DNA from: an uncultured Planctomycetales bacterium
GTDB lineage: Bacteria > Omnitrophota > Gorgyraeia > Zapsychrales > JBDRMG01
Assembly (NCBI GenBank): GCA_964478715.1
Contig: CAYZIY010000001.1
Location: forward strand, 73,088-137,087
Direction: 5' to 3'
DNA length: 64,000 bases
The notes beneath the pieces are model-generated. The model saw only the letters and a program-made list of their open reading frames with translations, searched no databases and had not been told where the DNA came from. The translations under genes and the position numbers were made by a program. Positions 8,832 through 20,239 of the stretch are shown one piece after another. How positions within the stretch are numbered: position 1 is the stretch's first letter; every line of letters starts with the position of its first letter.

Positions 8832-11249
8832 ATGTTTAATCGATTTACAGAACGGGCACGAAAAGTGATTGTGCTGGCCAAAGAGGAGGCCAGGCGTCTT
8901 AATCATGATTATATTGGAACGGAACATCTTTTACTGGGTCTGATTCGCGAAGGAGAGGGAGTCGCGGCAGCCGTTTTGCAAAAATTGGGTCTTGATCTTG
9001 AGACTATCCGCATCGAAGTAGAGAAGCTGGTTCAACCGGGACCACAAACGCAGGTTCTAGGCGACATCCCTTTTACGCCTCGCAGTAAAAAATCCTTAGA
9101 ACTTTCCGCCGAAGAGGCGCGTTCTTTGGGGCATAATTATATTGGCACGGAGCATTTGCTTTTAGGTCTAGTTAAGGAAGGCGAGGGGATGGCCTATCGC
9201 GTACTTCTCAATCTAGGATTAGATCTCGATAAGGTTCGCAATGAAGTCCTGACGCTTTTAGGATCAGGGATTCCGGGCTTCGGGAGCCAGGAAACCACCA
9301 AATCCGGCAAGACACCGGCTATCGATGCTTATGGACGAAATTTGAACAAATTGGCCAAAGAAGGCAAGCTGGATCCGGTGATCGGGCGTCAAAATGAGAT
9401 TGAGAGAATTGTCCAGATCCTCAGCCGGCGGACAAAAAATAATCCTGTTCTTTTGGGAGAAGCGGGTGTCGGGAAAACCGCGATTGTCGAAGGGTTAGCT
9501 CAGCTGATTGTCGCCGGAGATGTTCCCGAAATTCTGCGCGGAAAAAGTATTATTGTCTTAGATTTGGCTCTGATGATCGCCGGAACCAAATACCGCGGAC
9601 AATTCGAAGAGCGGATCAAAGCCATCATGGATGAAATCAAGCATTCGGGAAAAATTATCCTGTTTGTCGATGAGCTTCACACGCTCGTTGGGGCCGGAGC
9701 AGCCGAAGGCGCCATTGATGCCGCCAATATCCTGAAACCCGCTTTGGCCCGGGGAGAAATCCAGTGTATCGGTGCTACAACGCTGGATGAATATCGTAAA
9801 CACATTGAGAAAGATGCTGCTTTAGAGCGCCGATTTCAGACGATTATGGTTGAACCTCCGACCGTCGAAGAGGCATTTTTGATCCTCAAAGGACTGCGAG
9901 ATAAATACGAAGCGCATCACAGAGTTAAATTTTCCGATTCGGCGCTGCAAGCAGCGGTGAAATTATCGGATCGCTATATTTCCGGTCGATTTTTGCCGGA
10001 CAAAGCGGTCGATATTTTGGATGAAGCCGGATCGCGAGCCCGTTTAAAAACGATGGTGGTTCCGGCAGAGATTAAGGAAATCGAAGAAGAGATTCAGCAG
10101 CTCAAAAAAGAAAAAGAAGCTTTTATCAAAAGTCAGGATTTTGAAAAGGCGGCGAAAATGCGCGATCAAGAACGGGCTGCCAGAGAGAAGTTGGAACAGA
10201 TGCGATCCGACTGGTCGCAAAAAAGAGATCATGTGACTCCTACGATTGAAGAAGAAGATATAGCGCGCGTGATTTCTCAGTGGACCAAAATTCCGCTGAT
10301 TCGTCTCGAACAGAAAGAAAGTGAAAAGCTTTTAAAAATGGAGGATCATCTGGCTGAATCCGTTATTGGGCAAAGAGAAGCGATCGAAGTGATTGCCCGG
10401 GCTGTGAGGCGATCGCGCGCCAGACTAAAGAATCCAAGGCGACCCAGCGGATCGTTCATCTTTCTGGGTCCGACTGGCGTGGGGAAAACTCTCTTGGCCA
10501 GAGTTTTGGCTGAGTTTATGTTCGGAGACGAAGAAGCGTTGATTCAGATTGATATGTCTGAATATATGGATAAATTCAATGTGTCGCGATTAATCGGAGC
10601 TCCTCCGGGTTATGTCGGCTACGATGAAGGCGGACAGCTTACCGAGAAAGTCCGACGGAGACCGTACAGTGTTATTCTATTGGATGAAATCGAAAAGGCG
10701 CATCCGGATGTTTTTAATATTTTGCTTCAGGTTTTTGAAGACGGACGCCTGACCGATAGCTTTGGCCGAAAAATTGATTTTCGCAATACCATCATTATTA
10801 TGACCTCTAATGTCGGCGCCGATTTGATTCGCAGGAAAGGCGCTTTGGGATTTGCGGCTCACAAGGAAGATGTCGGCTACGAAGACATGAAAGATAAATT
10901 AATGGAAGAAGTCAAGAAAACTTTCAAGCCCGAATTTCTCAATCGCATAGACGATATTATTGTTTTCCGTTCTTTGACGAAAGAGAATCTATATCAGATT
11001 GTGGAACTCGAAATTGAAGAAGTGGCCGAAAGGCTCAAAGAACAGGATATCGAGATCGAGCTCGCTAAGGAAGCGGCCGATTTGCTGGTGGATAAAGGTT
11101 TTGATCCTATTTTTGGCGCGCGTCCCTTAAAGAGGACCATTCAACGCTATATTGAAGATCCTTTGAGCGAAGAGGTCATTTCGGGGAAATTCAAAGAAGG
11201 CAGTAAAGTTAAAATTAAAAGAAAAAAAGACAGTCTTACTTTTGAATAA
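8832..11249 (+). CDS. clpC: ATP-dependent Clp protease ATP-binding subunit ClpC
   Basis: 805 aa with two Clp_N repeats, two AAA+ modules (GEAGVGKT; GPTGVGKT) and a UVR linker between them. Confidence 0.9.
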   Translation: MFNRFTERARKVIVLAKEEARRLNHDYIGTEHLLLGLIREGEGVAAAVLQKLGLDLETIRIEVEKLVQPGPQTQVLGDIPFTPRSKKSLELSAEEARSLGHNYIGTEHLLLGLVKEGEGMAYRVLLNLGLDLDKVRNEVLTLLGSGIPGFGSQETTKSGKTPAIDAYGRNLNKLAKEGKLDPVIGRQNEIERIVQILSRRTKNNPVLLGEAGVGKTAIVEGLAQLIVAGDVPEILRGKSIIVLDLALMIAGTKYRGQFEERIKAIMDEIKHSGKIILFVDELHTLVGAGAAEGAIDAANILKPALARGEIQCIGATTLDEYRKHIEKDAALERRFQTIMVEPPTVEEAFLILKGLRDKYEAHHRVKFSDSALQAAVKLSDRYISGRFLPDKAVDILDEAGSRARLKTMVVPAEIKEIEEEIQQLKKEKEAFIKSQDFEKAAKMRDQERAAREKLEQMRSDWSQKRDHVTPTIEEEDIARVISQWTKIPLIRLEQKESEKLLKMEDHLAESVIGQREAIEVIARAVRRSRARLKNPRRPSGSFIFLGPTGVGKTLLARVLAEFMFGDEEALIQIDMSEYMDKFNVSRLIGAPPGYVGYDEGGQLTEKVRRRPYSVILLDEIEKAHPDVFNILLQVFEDGRLTDSFGRKIDFRNTIIIMTSNVGADLIRRKGALGFAAHKEDVGYEDMKDKLMEEVKKTFKPEFLNRIDDIIVFRSLTKENLYQIVELEIEEVAERLKEQDIEIELAKEAADLLVDKGFDPIFGARPLKRTIQRYIEDPLSEEVISGKFKEGSKVKIKRKKDSLTFE

Positions 11250-12232
11250 TGACCGTTCGCTGGACAGCATGGCTTGTTGTCTTTATCTTGGTTTTTCCTT
11301 CGTCGGTTATGGCCGAAAAGATTGCCGGATTTAAAGGCAAGATAGATTTTGAGAAAAAACAGTTTGATCTGCGTCTTGATTTATCTGAAAGAAGTTCTCT
11401 GGCCCTAGAAGGTGGGTTCAATGAGAATGACAGTTACGCACTTAATCTTAAATTGAATCACATCCAGACCAGGAATTTTGATATTTCTACCAATATTCAG
11501 GTCCTGGTGGATTTCTTAATCGATCAACAGACCAATAGCAGAAATCTCCGAGCCCAGATAAGCAGTCAGCATTCTTTGATTAATTACAAGCCGGTGCATG
11601 AGATGAAGGGCTTCGTGGAGTATAAGAGCGGGAGCGTGATGATCCGGAATTTCACCTGGGATCAGATCAAATGTTCAGGATGGATTGAGCTGAAGTCCCC
11701 TTTCTCATTTGATCTTGTTTTTCAGTCGCCGGAAATCGATATTCGTGATCTCGGTTTGATGTTGGGTTGCTCGGGTGATAATCTGAAGCTGGAAGGTCTG
11801 GCAAGCGGAAAAGTTCAACTGGCCGGTTTGCTTAAAGACAAAATTCAGATTACCGGTCGATTGGTTTCGCGCAGTGAAGGTTTTATTGATGAATTGCAGT
11901 ATGATAATTTTTTCATTCAGTTTCAAGGAGATTATCCCAAGCTAAAGATCGTTGATTCAAGAGTAGCCCAGATCGACGGATTAAGTTTTCAGCTCAGCGG
12001 AGAATTTGACCTGCGTGAAGGTTGTGAAATAACTAAAGGACTGACTCATCTGCGCACATCTCCCTTAATCGATCAGGATGATCTTGAGCAGGCCTGGACG
12101 ATTAAGCAGAATCAGGCTGACGGCCGTTCACGGAAAACAGAATTCAAACACCGCTTGAGGCTGCCCGCGCAAGATGACGTATTAGGTGAAAGAGAAGGTA
12201 TTCTCGGAGTTGAGCATAAAATTGAATTTTAA
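11249..12232 (+). CDS. Secreted hypothetical protein (327 aa)
   Basis: Signal peptide (VVFILVFPSSVMA); no recognisable domain. It sits between clpC and radA. Confidence 0.45.
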   Translation: MTVRWTAWLVVFILVFPSSVMAEKIAGFKGKIDFEKKQFDLRLDLSERSSLALEGGFNENDSYALNLKLNHIQTRNFDISTNIQVLVDFLIDQQTNSRNLRAQISSQHSLINYKPVHEMKGFVEYKSGSVMIRNFTWDQIKCSGWIELKSPFSFDLVFQSPEIDIRDLGLMLGCSGDNLKLEGLASGKVQLAGLLKDKIQITGRLVSRSEGFIDELQYDNFFIQFQGDYPKLKIVDSRVAQIDGLSFQLSGEFDLREGCEITKGLTHLRTSPLIDQDDLEQAWTIKQNQADGRSRKTEFKHRLRLPAQDDVLGEREGILGVEHKIEF

Positions 12233-12247
12233 AATCCTGAAACGTTC

Positions 12248-13615
12248 ATGGTAAAGACAAAAACCTTTTATATCTGTCAGAGTTGCGGGGTCCAAACACC
12301 GGCATGGTACGGACGCTGTCCTAGTTGTGAAAATTGGAATACGCTTGTTGAGGAAGTGCCGGTGGATTCCTCTTTGAGCAAAAGAAGTGATTTCGGCTCG
12401 CGGGGAAAACCCGTTTTGCTTCAAGACGTGTCTCTTGACAGCCAGATTCGTTTTCAGACAACCTTAAAGGAACTCGATCGAGTCTATGGAGGCGGCATTG
12501 TGCCCGGTTCGGTAACTTTAATCGGAGGGGATCCGGGAATCGGAAAATCAACCCTGTCTTTACAAATGGCTTCGCTTTTAAGTGCGCAGGAAATGAAGAT
12601 TCTATATGTCAGCGCTGAAGAGTCTGTTGAGCAGACAAAAATGCGCGCTGATCGTCTTTGCGCGGGAAACAACAAGAGTCTTTATCTAGTTAGTCAGATT
12701 AACTTGGAAACAATTTTGAATCATATCAAGCAGATTAAGCCTAGCGTTGTCATTGTTGATTCGATTCAGGTGATATATCATCCGGATGTAGGATCTAGTT
12801 CGGGCAGCGTGAGCCAAGTCAGGGAATGCGCCAGCATCCTCACCCAGTTTGCCAAAAGCCATCAAGTTGCCGTTTTGATCATCGGTCACGTCACCAAGGA
12901 AGGCGCTATTGCCGGTCCGAGAATTTTGGAGCATGTTGTTGATACGGTCTTGTATTTTGAGGGAGAGCGTTATTCTACCTACCGGATTCTAAGGGCCATT
13001 AAAAATCGTTTTGGGTCTACTAATGAGATCGGGGTTTTTGAGATGACGGCCGAAGGATTAAAAGAAGTGCATAATCCCTCACAGATGTTTTTATCCGAGC
13101 GGTCCCAGGAAACATCGGGTTCTGTTGTTGTCCCTATCATTGAAGGGACACGACCTTTTCTTGTTGAAATCCAGGGTTTGGTGGCGCGGGCCAGTTTTGG
13201 TGTTGTGCGTCAAAAAGCCCAGGGCTTTGAGGCTAATCGCCTGGCTTTGCTAGCAGCAGTTTTGGAAAAGAAAGTGGGATTGAATTTGCGGGATAAGGAT
13301 ATTTTTCTGAATGTAGCCGGCGGCGTTAGGGTTATTGATCCGGCGGCTGATTTAGGTGTTATTGTGGCTGTAGCTTCGGCGCTTTTAGATAAACCTGTTG
13401 ACAGTCAAACCGTTTTTCTTGGGGAAGTGGGCCTTTCCTCGGAAGTGAGAAGCGTTAGTCAAATTGAGACTCGTCTTAATGAAGCCGACAAGCTCGGATT
13501 CCATCGGTGCGTGATTCCAAGAAACAATTGTAAAAATAAGAATATTAAGAAGAGCAAGATTTCTCTTATTCCAGTCGAGACGGTCAAACAGGCTCTGGAT
13601 TGTTTGGCACCATAA
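12248..13615 (+). CDS. radA: DNA repair protein RadA/Sms
   Basis: N-terminal C4 zinc ribbon (CQSCG..CPSC), RecA-like ATPase (GGDPGIGKST) and a C-terminal Lon-like domain. Confidence 0.9.
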   Translation: MVKTKTFYICQSCGVQTPAWYGRCPSCENWNTLVEEVPVDSSLSKRSDFGSRGKPVLLQDVSLDSQIRFQTTLKELDRVYGGGIVPGSVTLIGGDPGIGKSTLSLQMASLLSAQEMKILYVSAEESVEQTKMRADRLCAGNNKSLYLVSQINLETILNHIKQIKPSVVIVDSIQVIYHPDVGSSSGSVSQVRECASILTQFAKSHQVAVLIIGHVTKEGAIAGPRILEHVVDTVLYFEGERYSTYRILRAIKNRFGSTNEIGVFEMTAEGLKEVHNPSQMFLSERSQETSGSVVVPIIEGTRPFLVEIQGLVARASFGVVRQKAQGFEANRLALLAAVLEKKVGLNLRDKDIFLNVAGGVRVIDPAADLGVIVAVASALLDKPVDSQTVFLGEVGLSSEVRSVSQIETRLNEADKLGFHRCVIPRNNCKNKNIKKSKISLIPVETVKQALDCLAP

Positions 13616-13634
13616 TTTTTTAAGGAGGTTTGTC

Positions 13635-14621
13635 ATGACCATTATTTTTGTCCGCGTTTTTTTTCTTATTATCAGCGGTGTAGTCGGCTATCAAATCGGA
13701 CTAATCCAGCAGGCTCCCGTGATGGGCGCTGCCTTGGGATGCGTAGCCGGTATGATGTTGATTATTCTTGAGGCGACCATGCGCCGAGTTTCCGTTCGAG
13801 GGTTATCCAGTATGGTTTTTGGTTTGATCCTCGGTATGATTATGGCCAAGTTGATTACTGATATCCTGTCTCTTTTGCCTCTGGGAGATGTGATTCACTC
13901 TATCTTAAAAGTTGTCTTGACTTTGATTTTTTCTTATTTGGGGGCGATTATGGCCATGAGGGGAAAGGATGAGTTCAGTATCATCATTCCCTATGTCCGG
14001 TTTCGCAGACAGGATGCCCAGCAAAATGTGGTTTTACTTGATACAAGCGCTATCATTGACGGACGTGTGGCAGATGTTTATAAAACAAAATTTCTTGAAG
14101 CCCGTATTGTTGTTCCGCGTTTTGTTTTGCAGGAGCTCCAGCATATTGCCGATAGCGAAGATTCCTTAAAACGTCAGAGGGGACGACGTGGAATGGAAAT
14201 ATTGCGTTCGATGCAGAAAGATCCTGCGATAGATATTCGCATTCATGAAGATGAACTTCCTGGGCGAGAAGAAGTGGACACCAAATTGATACGGCTGGCC
14301 AAAATGCTTGACGCCAAGATATGCACAACGGACTTTAACTTGAATCGAGTGGCTTCTATTCAGGGTATCCAGGTTCTTAATGTCAATGAGTTGGCCAATG
14401 CGGTTAAATCTATTGTCTTTCCGGGAGAAACGTTTGATATCAAGATGATCAAGGAGGGTCGGGAGCAAAATCAGGCTGTCGGTTATCTGGATGACGGGAC
14501 TATGGTTGTGGTGGGAGAAGCCCGGTATAAGATCGGCCAGAAAATAAAAGTGGAAGTCACCTCTGTATTGCAAACTCAGGCAGGGAAAATGATTTTTGCC
14601 AAAATCAACGGCAAACGATGA
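13635..14621 (+). CDS. yacL: Membrane-anchored PIN plus TRAM domain protein (YacL-like)
   Basis: N-terminal TM helices, a central PIN domain (VVLLDTSAIIDGR) and a C-terminal TRAM-like beta barrel; same position as Bacillus yacL. Confidence 0.7.
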   Translation: MTIIFVRVFFLIISGVVGYQIGLIQQAPVMGAALGCVAGMMLIILEATMRRVSVRGLSSMVFGLILGMIMAKLITDILSLLPLGDVIHSILKVVLTLIFSYLGAIMAMRGKDEFSIIIPYVRFRRQDAQQNVVLLDTSAIIDGRVADVYKTKFLEARIVVPRFVLQELQHIADSEDSLKRQRGRRGMEILRSMQKDPAIDIRIHEDELPGREEVDTKLIRLAKMLDAKICTTDFNLNRVASIQGIQVLNVNELANAVKSIVFPGETFDIKMIKEGREQNQAVGYLDDGTMVVVGEARYKIGQKIKVEVTSVLQTQAGKMIFAKINGKR

Positions 14622-15310
14622 AGATTCAGGCTATTATTGCGGCGGCGGGAAACGGAGAACGTTTAGGGCAGAATATTCCCAAGGCTCTGGTTAGGCTCAA
14701 CGGCAAAGCCCTTCTGATTTATTCTTTGAAGATATTTGTGTCTCATCAGCGTATCAGTAGTGTGATTGTCGCTGCGCACTCTGATTATCTTAAAGCATTC
14801 GAGACGCTCATAAAATGCGAAGATCATCAAAGGGATATACGCCTGATCTCAGGCGGAGCAACACGCCAGGAGTCCGTCTCTCGGGGATTGGGTCATGTCG
14901 ATTCGGATGCAGAGCTTGTTCTTGTTCATGATGCCGCCAGACCATTAATTAGTGCCGTTTTAGTTGATCGGGTGATTGAAGCTAGTATCAGTCATCGGGC
15001 GGCTGTTGCTGCTGTGCCTCTTACCTCGACTGTCAAGCAGGGTGATTTTAGCGGAAACTGGGTCAAACAGACACATGACCGTAGTCGATTATGGTCAGCT
15101 CAGACGCCGCAGGGTTTCACTCAGGAAATAATTAAAAAGGCGCATCAGCAGGCCAGGGGACAGGATGCCAGTGATGATGCCTACTTGGTTGAGCAGATGT
15201 CTGCGCCAGTGAGAATTGTCTACGGAGAAGAAACCAATATTAAGATCACTACGAAATGGGATCTTTTTGTCGCTGAACAGATACTAAACAGGATGATCTA
15301 TGATCAATAA
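14618..15310 (+). CDS. ispD: 2-C-methyl-D-erythritol 4-phosphate cytidylyltransferase
   Basis: 230 aa; AIIAAAGNGERLG nucleotide-binding motif. Confidence 0.85.
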   Translation: MKIQAIIAAAGNGERLGQNIPKALVRLNGKALLIYSLKIFVSHQRISSVIVAAHSDYLKAFETLIKCEDHQRDIRLISGGATRQESVSRGLGHVDSDAELVLVHDAARPLISAVLVDRVIEASISHRAAVAAVPLTSTVKQGDFSGNWVKQTHDRSRLWSAQTPQGFTQEIIKKAHQQARGQDASDDAYLVEQMSAPVRIVYGEETNIKITTKWDLFVAEQILNRMIYDQ

Positions 15311-15791
15311 AGTGGGGATGGGCTATGATATTCACTGTCTCAAGGAGTGTCGCCGGCTGGTTTTGGGCGGTGTGCCGATTCCCTTTGATAAAGGTCTGGA
15401 AGGGCACAGCGATGCAGACGTTTTGATTCATGCTTTGTGTGATGCACTTCTGGGGGCTTTAGGTCAGGGAGATATTGGAGAGCATTTTCCTGATCATGAT
15501 GAAACCTATCGGGATATTAGCAGTTTGAAATTACTTGAGAAAGTCAGGATACTTCTTGATAAACAAGGGTATCGAATTGGTAATATTGACACCATGATTC
15601 TGGCCGAGAAACCAAAATTACAGCCTTATAAAAATCAAATGAAGGCCAATATTGCAAAAACTCTGAACATCGCAGAGCGTTGGATTAATATTAAAGCGAC
15701 AACCCAAGAGGGTGTTGGGTTTGCTTTAAACGGGAAAGAAGCTATTTGTGCCTATGCTATTGTTTCTATGCAAAAAGGGGAGAGGGAATGA
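15300..15791 (+). CDS. ispF: 2-C-methyl-D-erythritol 2,4-cyclodiphosphate synthase
   Basis: 163 aa; IGMGYDIH ... HSDADVLIHA metal-binding signature. Confidence 0.9.
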   Translation: MINKVGMGYDIHCLKECRRLVLGGVPIPFDKGLEGHSDADVLIHALCDALLGALGQGDIGEHFPDHDETYRDISSLKLLEKVRILLDKQGYRIGNIDTMILAEKPKLQPYKNQMKANIAKTLNIAERWINIKATTQEGVGFALNGKEAICAYAIVSMQKGERE

Positions 15792-16483
15792 TTATTTGTG
15801 AATTTCTGTTATTTATTCTAGGGATCATTTTGATCACCGTTTTTCTTGTTGCGATCATATTTCGCAAGGAAGTGAAAGCGGCTCAAGAGAGGGATCCGGC
15901 CGCTACGAGTTTTCTTCAGATCGTTTTGCTTTATAGCGGATTTCACACTTTGGTTGCTCATCGAATCGCCCATCGATTATGGACGTGGAACTGTCCTTTT
16001 TTTGCCCGTCTTGTTAGCCAGATTTCTCGTTTTTGCACAGGAATCGAGATCCATCCTGGGGCGCAAATTGGGGATGGGTTTTTCATCGATCATGGGATGG
16101 GGGTTGTCATTGGAGAAACGACGATTATCGGTGATAATGTGACCTTATTTCAAGGGGTGACTTTGGGGGGAACCGGAAAAGAGACTGGAAAAAGGCATCC
16201 GACGCTGGGTAATAATATCGTTGTCGGTGCCGGCGCCAAGGTCCTTGGGAATATTAAAATAGACGATAATTCATATATCGGGGCTAATGCAGTTGTTGTC
16301 AAAGATGTACCGCCCAATTCGACTGTCGTAGGTGTTCCCGGTCGCATTACCCGACAAGACGGAAAAAAGATTGATTCGACCATGGATCACGTTCGTATTC
16401 TGGATCCTCTTAACCAACGCCTGGATGAATTAGAGATAAGAATTGAAGAGCTTGAGAAAAAGAAACCCAGGAAGATAATATAA
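15788..16483 (+). CDS. cysE: Serine O-acetyltransferase
   Basis: Hexapeptide-repeat acyltransferase (GIEIHPGAQIGDGFFIDHGMGVVIGE). The ATG at 15788 overlaps the ispF stop as ATGA; the ORF track uses an earlier in-frame start at 15746. Confidence 0.75.
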   Translation: MIICEFLLFILGIILITVFLVAIIFRKEVKAAQERDPAATSFLQIVLLYSGFHTLVAHRIAHRLWTWNCPFFARLVSQISRFCTGIEIHPGAQIGDGFFIDHGMGVVIGETTIIGDNVTLFQGVTLGGTGKETGKRHPTLGNNIVVGAGAKVLGNIKIDDNSYIGANAVVVKDVPPNSTVVGVPGRITRQDGKKIDSTMDHVRILDPLNQRLDELEIRIEELEKKKPRKII

Positions 16484-17883
16484 TGACGCTTTTTATCAAC
16501 AACTCCTTGACAAAAAAGAAAGAGGAATTTATTCCCCGCCAGGATAAGGTTGTCAAAATGTATACATGCGGGGTGACGGTTTACGACCGCTGTCATATCG
16601 GTCACGCCCGCAGTTTGTATATCTTCTCAGTCATCCGCAGATATTTGGAGAAAAAAGGCTATGCGGTTAATTTTGTGCGCAACATAACGGATATTGACGA
16701 TAAGATCATTAACCGGGCTCAGGAACTGAAGAAAGACTGGAAAGATATTGTCAGCGAAAACATTAGATTTTATCGGGAAGATTTTCAGAAATTCGGCTTG
16801 CCGTTTGACGAAGAGGAACCCAGGGCAACGGAAAACATCGACGAGATGATCGCTCATATCCAGGGATTGATTCAGAAAGGATATGCGTATGAATCGAAGG
16901 GAGATGTTTATTTCCGCGTTCGCAATTTTAAGGACTATGGAAAGCTGTCGGGGCAGAGCATTGAGCAGATGCGGGAAGCGGTCCGTATTGAAAAAGACAG
17001 TAAAAAAGAGGATTCCCTGGATTTCGCTCTGTGGAAAAAATCCAGAGAAGGAGAGCCTTACTGGGAGAGCCCTTGGGGTCCTGGACGTCCCGGATGGCAT
17101 ATTGAATGCTCGGTGATGAGTTTGAAATATCTTAATTGTGAAACCCTCGATATTCACGCCGGAGGACGAGATCTGATCTTTCCGCATCATGAAAACGAGA
17201 TTGCGCAGGCCGAGGCCTTAACCGGTAATCCCTTCGCCTGTTTCTGGATCCATCACGGTCTTTTAACGATCAACGGTCAAAAGATGGCTAAATCTTTGGG
17301 AAATTTTATAACGATTCGGCAAGCACTTGAAACCTATCGGGTGGATGATCTCAAGCTCTTTTTCCTGATGAGTCATTATGCAAGTCCTGTTGATTTTTCC
17401 AAAGAAAAAATATATGAAATACACAAGGCTTGGGAGAAATTTCAGATGTTCTTTCATGAAGCCCGTCGGATCAACCAGCCTTTTACGGAATTGAGGGAAT
17501 CTCTAAAGGATTTGATCAAAGTTCAGCAGGAGAAATTCAACCAGGCTATGGATGATGATTTCAATACGCCTCGGGCTTTAGGCTCTCTTTTTGAGTGGAT
17601 GAATGAGGTTCATAAAAGGAAAACCGAAGAAGGGGGAGAGGGATTATTGATTGAGAGCTCTGCCCTCATTGAAAATATCTTAAAGGATCTTTTTTATTTG
17701 TCCCTTAAAGATGATGAATTGGATGAAAAGAAAAAACAAAAAATCGAGAATCTGATGCATATTAGAAAACAAGCTCGCCAGAGGAAAGACTATCAGGAAG
17801 CAGACCGGATCCGCGATCAACTCAGCGAAATGGGTATTGTCGTTGAAGACACCAAAGACGGGCAAATCTGGAGAGTTACATGA
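16483..17883 (+). CDS. cysS: Cysteine--tRNA ligase
   Basis: Class I HIGH (CHIGHARS) and KMSKS (KMAKSLGN) motifs; 466 aa. Confidence 0.9.
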   Translation: MTLFINNSLTKKKEEFIPRQDKVVKMYTCGVTVYDRCHIGHARSLYIFSVIRRYLEKKGYAVNFVRNITDIDDKIINRAQELKKDWKDIVSENIRFYREDFQKFGLPFDEEEPRATENIDEMIAHIQGLIQKGYAYESKGDVYFRVRNFKDYGKLSGQSIEQMREAVRIEKDSKKEDSLDFALWKKSREGEPYWESPWGPGRPGWHIECSVMSLKYLNCETLDIHAGGRDLIFPHHENEIAQAEALTGNPFACFWIHHGLLTINGQKMAKSLGNFITIRQALETYRVDDLKLFFLMSHYASPVDFSKEKIYEIHKAWEKFQMFFHEARRINQPFTELRESLKDLIKVQQEKFNQAMDDDFNTPRALGSLFEWMNEVHKRKTEEGGEGLLIESSALIENILKDLFYLSLKDDELDEKKKQKIENLMHIRKQARQRKDYQEADRIRDQLSEMGIVVEDTKDGQIWRVT

Positions 17884-18494
17884 GAGGATATTTCATTACT
17901 TTTGAAGGAGCCGAGGGGTCCGGAAAAAGCACGCAGGCGAAAATGCTCTATCAACATTTGTCTAAGAGAAAGAGGATGGTTTGTCTTTTGCGGGAACCGG
18001 GTGGTGTTGCCGTTAGCGAGAAAATTAGAAAAATTTTACTAGATGTTAAAAACAAAGAGATGAGCGCTATCTGCGAGATGCTTCTTTATATGGCATCGCG
18101 CGCCCAGTTGGTGGAAGAAAAGATTATTCCCGCATTGAAAAAGGGACATATTGTTATCAGCGATCGGTTTTTGGATTCGACATTGGCCTATCAAGGCTAT
18201 GGGTTCGGGATAGATCTCAAAATGATCCGCAAGATCGGTTGGTTCGCTACCCAGAAAATTCAACCTGATTTGACACTAGTTTTTGATTTATCGGTTGAGC
18301 GGGGCTTGTCCCGGATCAAAAAGACAAAAGACCGGATCGAAAAAAGACCTCTCTCCTATCATCAGCGGGTTCATGGGGGTTATTTAACAATAGCGCGCAG
18401 AGAGCCCAAAAGAGTAAAGATCATAAGGGCCAATCAGGGCAAAGAGAAAATTCAGAAAATTGTCAGGAATTATGTGGAGAAAATGATCCAATGA
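17880..18494 (+). CDS. tmk: Thymidylate kinase
   Basis: 204 aa; P-loop FEGAEGSGKST, DRF motif. Confidence 0.85.
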   Translation: MRGYFITFEGAEGSGKSTQAKMLYQHLSKRKRMVCLLREPGGVAVSEKIRKILLDVKNKEMSAICEMLLYMASRAQLVEEKIIPALKKGHIVISDRFLDSTLAYQGYGFGIDLKMIRKIGWFATQKIQPDLTLVFDLSVERGLSRIKKTKDRIEKRPLSYHQRVHGGYLTIARREPKRVKIIRANQGKEKIQKIVRNYVEKMIQ

Positions 18495-19459
18495 CAAGTG
18501 AGCCGGCTGCTTTCTTTCACTCCGATATCTTGAAGCGTTTTACGCAAATGCGCGTGTGTAAAAAAATGGCTCATGCCTATCTTTTTTCCGGTCCTACTGC
18601 AGTCGGGAAATCCGAAACAGGCCTGGCGATTGCCCAGCTGATTCACTGTACTCAGGTCAAGGACGAACAGCCCTGTCAAATTTGTGCAAATTGTCAACGA
18701 ATCCTTAACGACAATCATCCCGATGTTCATGTGTTAAAAAGTCAGCCGGGAGAAAACATCAAAATCGAACAAATCAGAACAATGATCAAGCAAATGCAAA
18801 CATCTGCTTATGAAGCGAATGAGAAATTTTTCTTATTGCAAAATGCTGAGAATTTAACCGAAGAAGCCGCTAATGCCCTTTTGAAGTCACTTGAAGAGCC
18901 GTCGATAGGGTCTTTAATGATTTTGACGACGGCTCATATCGAAATGGTAACCGAGACTATCGTTTCGCGTTGTCATGTCATCAAGTTTGTTCCTTGCGGC
19001 TATAGAGACATGGAGCAATATCTGGTCCATCATGACCGCTTGCCGTCTGATGAGAGTCATTTTCTTACACGATTCGCCGAAGGATGCCTGCGGGAAGCCC
19101 GCCAACATCATCGGGATGGACTTTTTTCAAAGAAAAACCGGATGCTCGATCAGTTTATTTTTGAGTCTTCTTTGGAGAATTTTGAGAAAGAGTGGCTGTC
19201 GAAAAAAGATGACCGCCATATTATTCTTTTACTGACTCTTCTTATCAGTTGGTTTCGTGATCTATTGTTTGTCAAAAATCAGATTCCCTCCGGCGATCTG
19301 ATTCATCAAGACCGGATCAGAGATTTGGAATCGTTGAGTAAGGAATACTCAACGGAAAAGATTAGGGCTGTCATTGATGATATTATAGAGGCTCTCAAGA
19401 TGGCTCGGGATCGTTTTAATATGAAAACAGCCTTAGCGGTGTTGAAGGAGAGATTATGA
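18491..19459 (+). CDS. holB: DNA polymerase III delta-prime subunit
   Basis: 322 aa; AAA+ clamp-loader fold with a P-loop (GPTAVGKSE) and a Zn module (CQICANCQ). Confidence 0.75.
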   Translation: MTSEPAAFFHSDILKRFTQMRVCKKMAHAYLFSGPTAVGKSETGLAIAQLIHCTQVKDEQPCQICANCQRILNDNHPDVHVLKSQPGENIKIEQIRTMIKQMQTSAYEANEKFFLLQNAENLTEEAANALLKSLEEPSIGSLMILTTAHIEMVTETIVSRCHVIKFVPCGYRDMEQYLVHHDRLPSDESHFLTRFAEGCLREARQHHRDGLFSKKNRMLDQFIFESSLENFEKEWLSKKDDRHIILLLTLLISWFRDLLFVKNQIPSGDLIHQDRIRDLESLSKEYSTEKIRAVIDDIIEALKMARDRFNMKTALAVLKERL

Positions 19460-20235
19460 AGCAGTGTGTTCAGGTAAAAATAGGCGAATTCGGAGGTGTG
19501 GGATATTTTGAAGTGGATCAGTTTCCCTGCAAGCGCGATGATTGGGTGATTCTCCAGGCGGATAGAAATAAAGAATACGGATGGGTTATTTCCGATCATG
19601 CCAAAGAAGTGCCGGATGATGAACAATTTCAAGGGAAGGTTTTGCGGGTGGCTCACGAAGGAGACCTCAAACAGATCGCCCAGAATCAGATCAAGGCCAA
19701 AGAGGCCGTTAAGACTTGTCTGCAGCGGATAAAAGAAAGAAAACTCGAAATGAACATTATCAAATCCGAATACACGTTTGATGTGTCTAAAATCATCTTT
19801 CTTTTTTCAGCCGAAGGGCGCGTTGATTTCCGGGCTCTGGTGAAAGATCTGGCCAAAATTTACAAAGTGAGAATTGAATTGCGCCAGATCGGTGTTCGCG
19901 ATAAAGCCAAGATCGTCGGCGGTTATGGAATTTGCGGTCGCGAACAGTGTTGCGCATCCTACATGAAGGGATTTCACGCTCTCTCGATCAAAATGGCCAA
20001 GGAGCAGAATTTACCTCTTAATCCGTCTAAAATCGGAGGGATTTGCGGGCGCATCAAATGTTGCATGGCCTATGAATTTGCGGTTTACAAAGAATGTTCC
20101 CGTAATCTTCCTCGAATCGGAGAAAAGATTACTACACCCGATGGGAGGGGGCGTGTGATTGATGTGGATGTCCTTAAAAAGAAAGTGTCTGTCGATTTGG
20201 GAGAAGGAAAATCGACCAAGGTAATTTATAATTAA
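19456..20235 (+). CDS. yaaT: PSP1 C-terminal domain protein (YaaT/RicT-like)
   Basis: 259 aa PSP1 domain; it follows holB, as in Bacillus. Confidence 0.65.
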   Translation: MKQCVQVKIGEFGGVGYFEVDQFPCKRDDWVILQADRNKEYGWVISDHAKEVPDDEQFQGKVLRVAHEGDLKQIAQNQIKAKEAVKTCLQRIKERKLEMNIIKSEYTFDVSKIIFLFSAEGRVDFRALVKDLAKIYKVRIELRQIGVRDKAKIVGGYGICGREQCCASYMKGFHALSIKMAKEQNLPLNPSKIGGICGRIKCCMAYEFAVYKECSRNLPRIGEKITTPDGRGRVIDVDVLKKKVSVDLGEGKSTKVIYN

Positions 20236-20239
20236 AGTC

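Noticed and set aside
14166-14573. 135-aa minus-strand ORF inside the PIN/TRAM gene
   Set aside because: Antisense shadow of a conserved CDS; no independent support.
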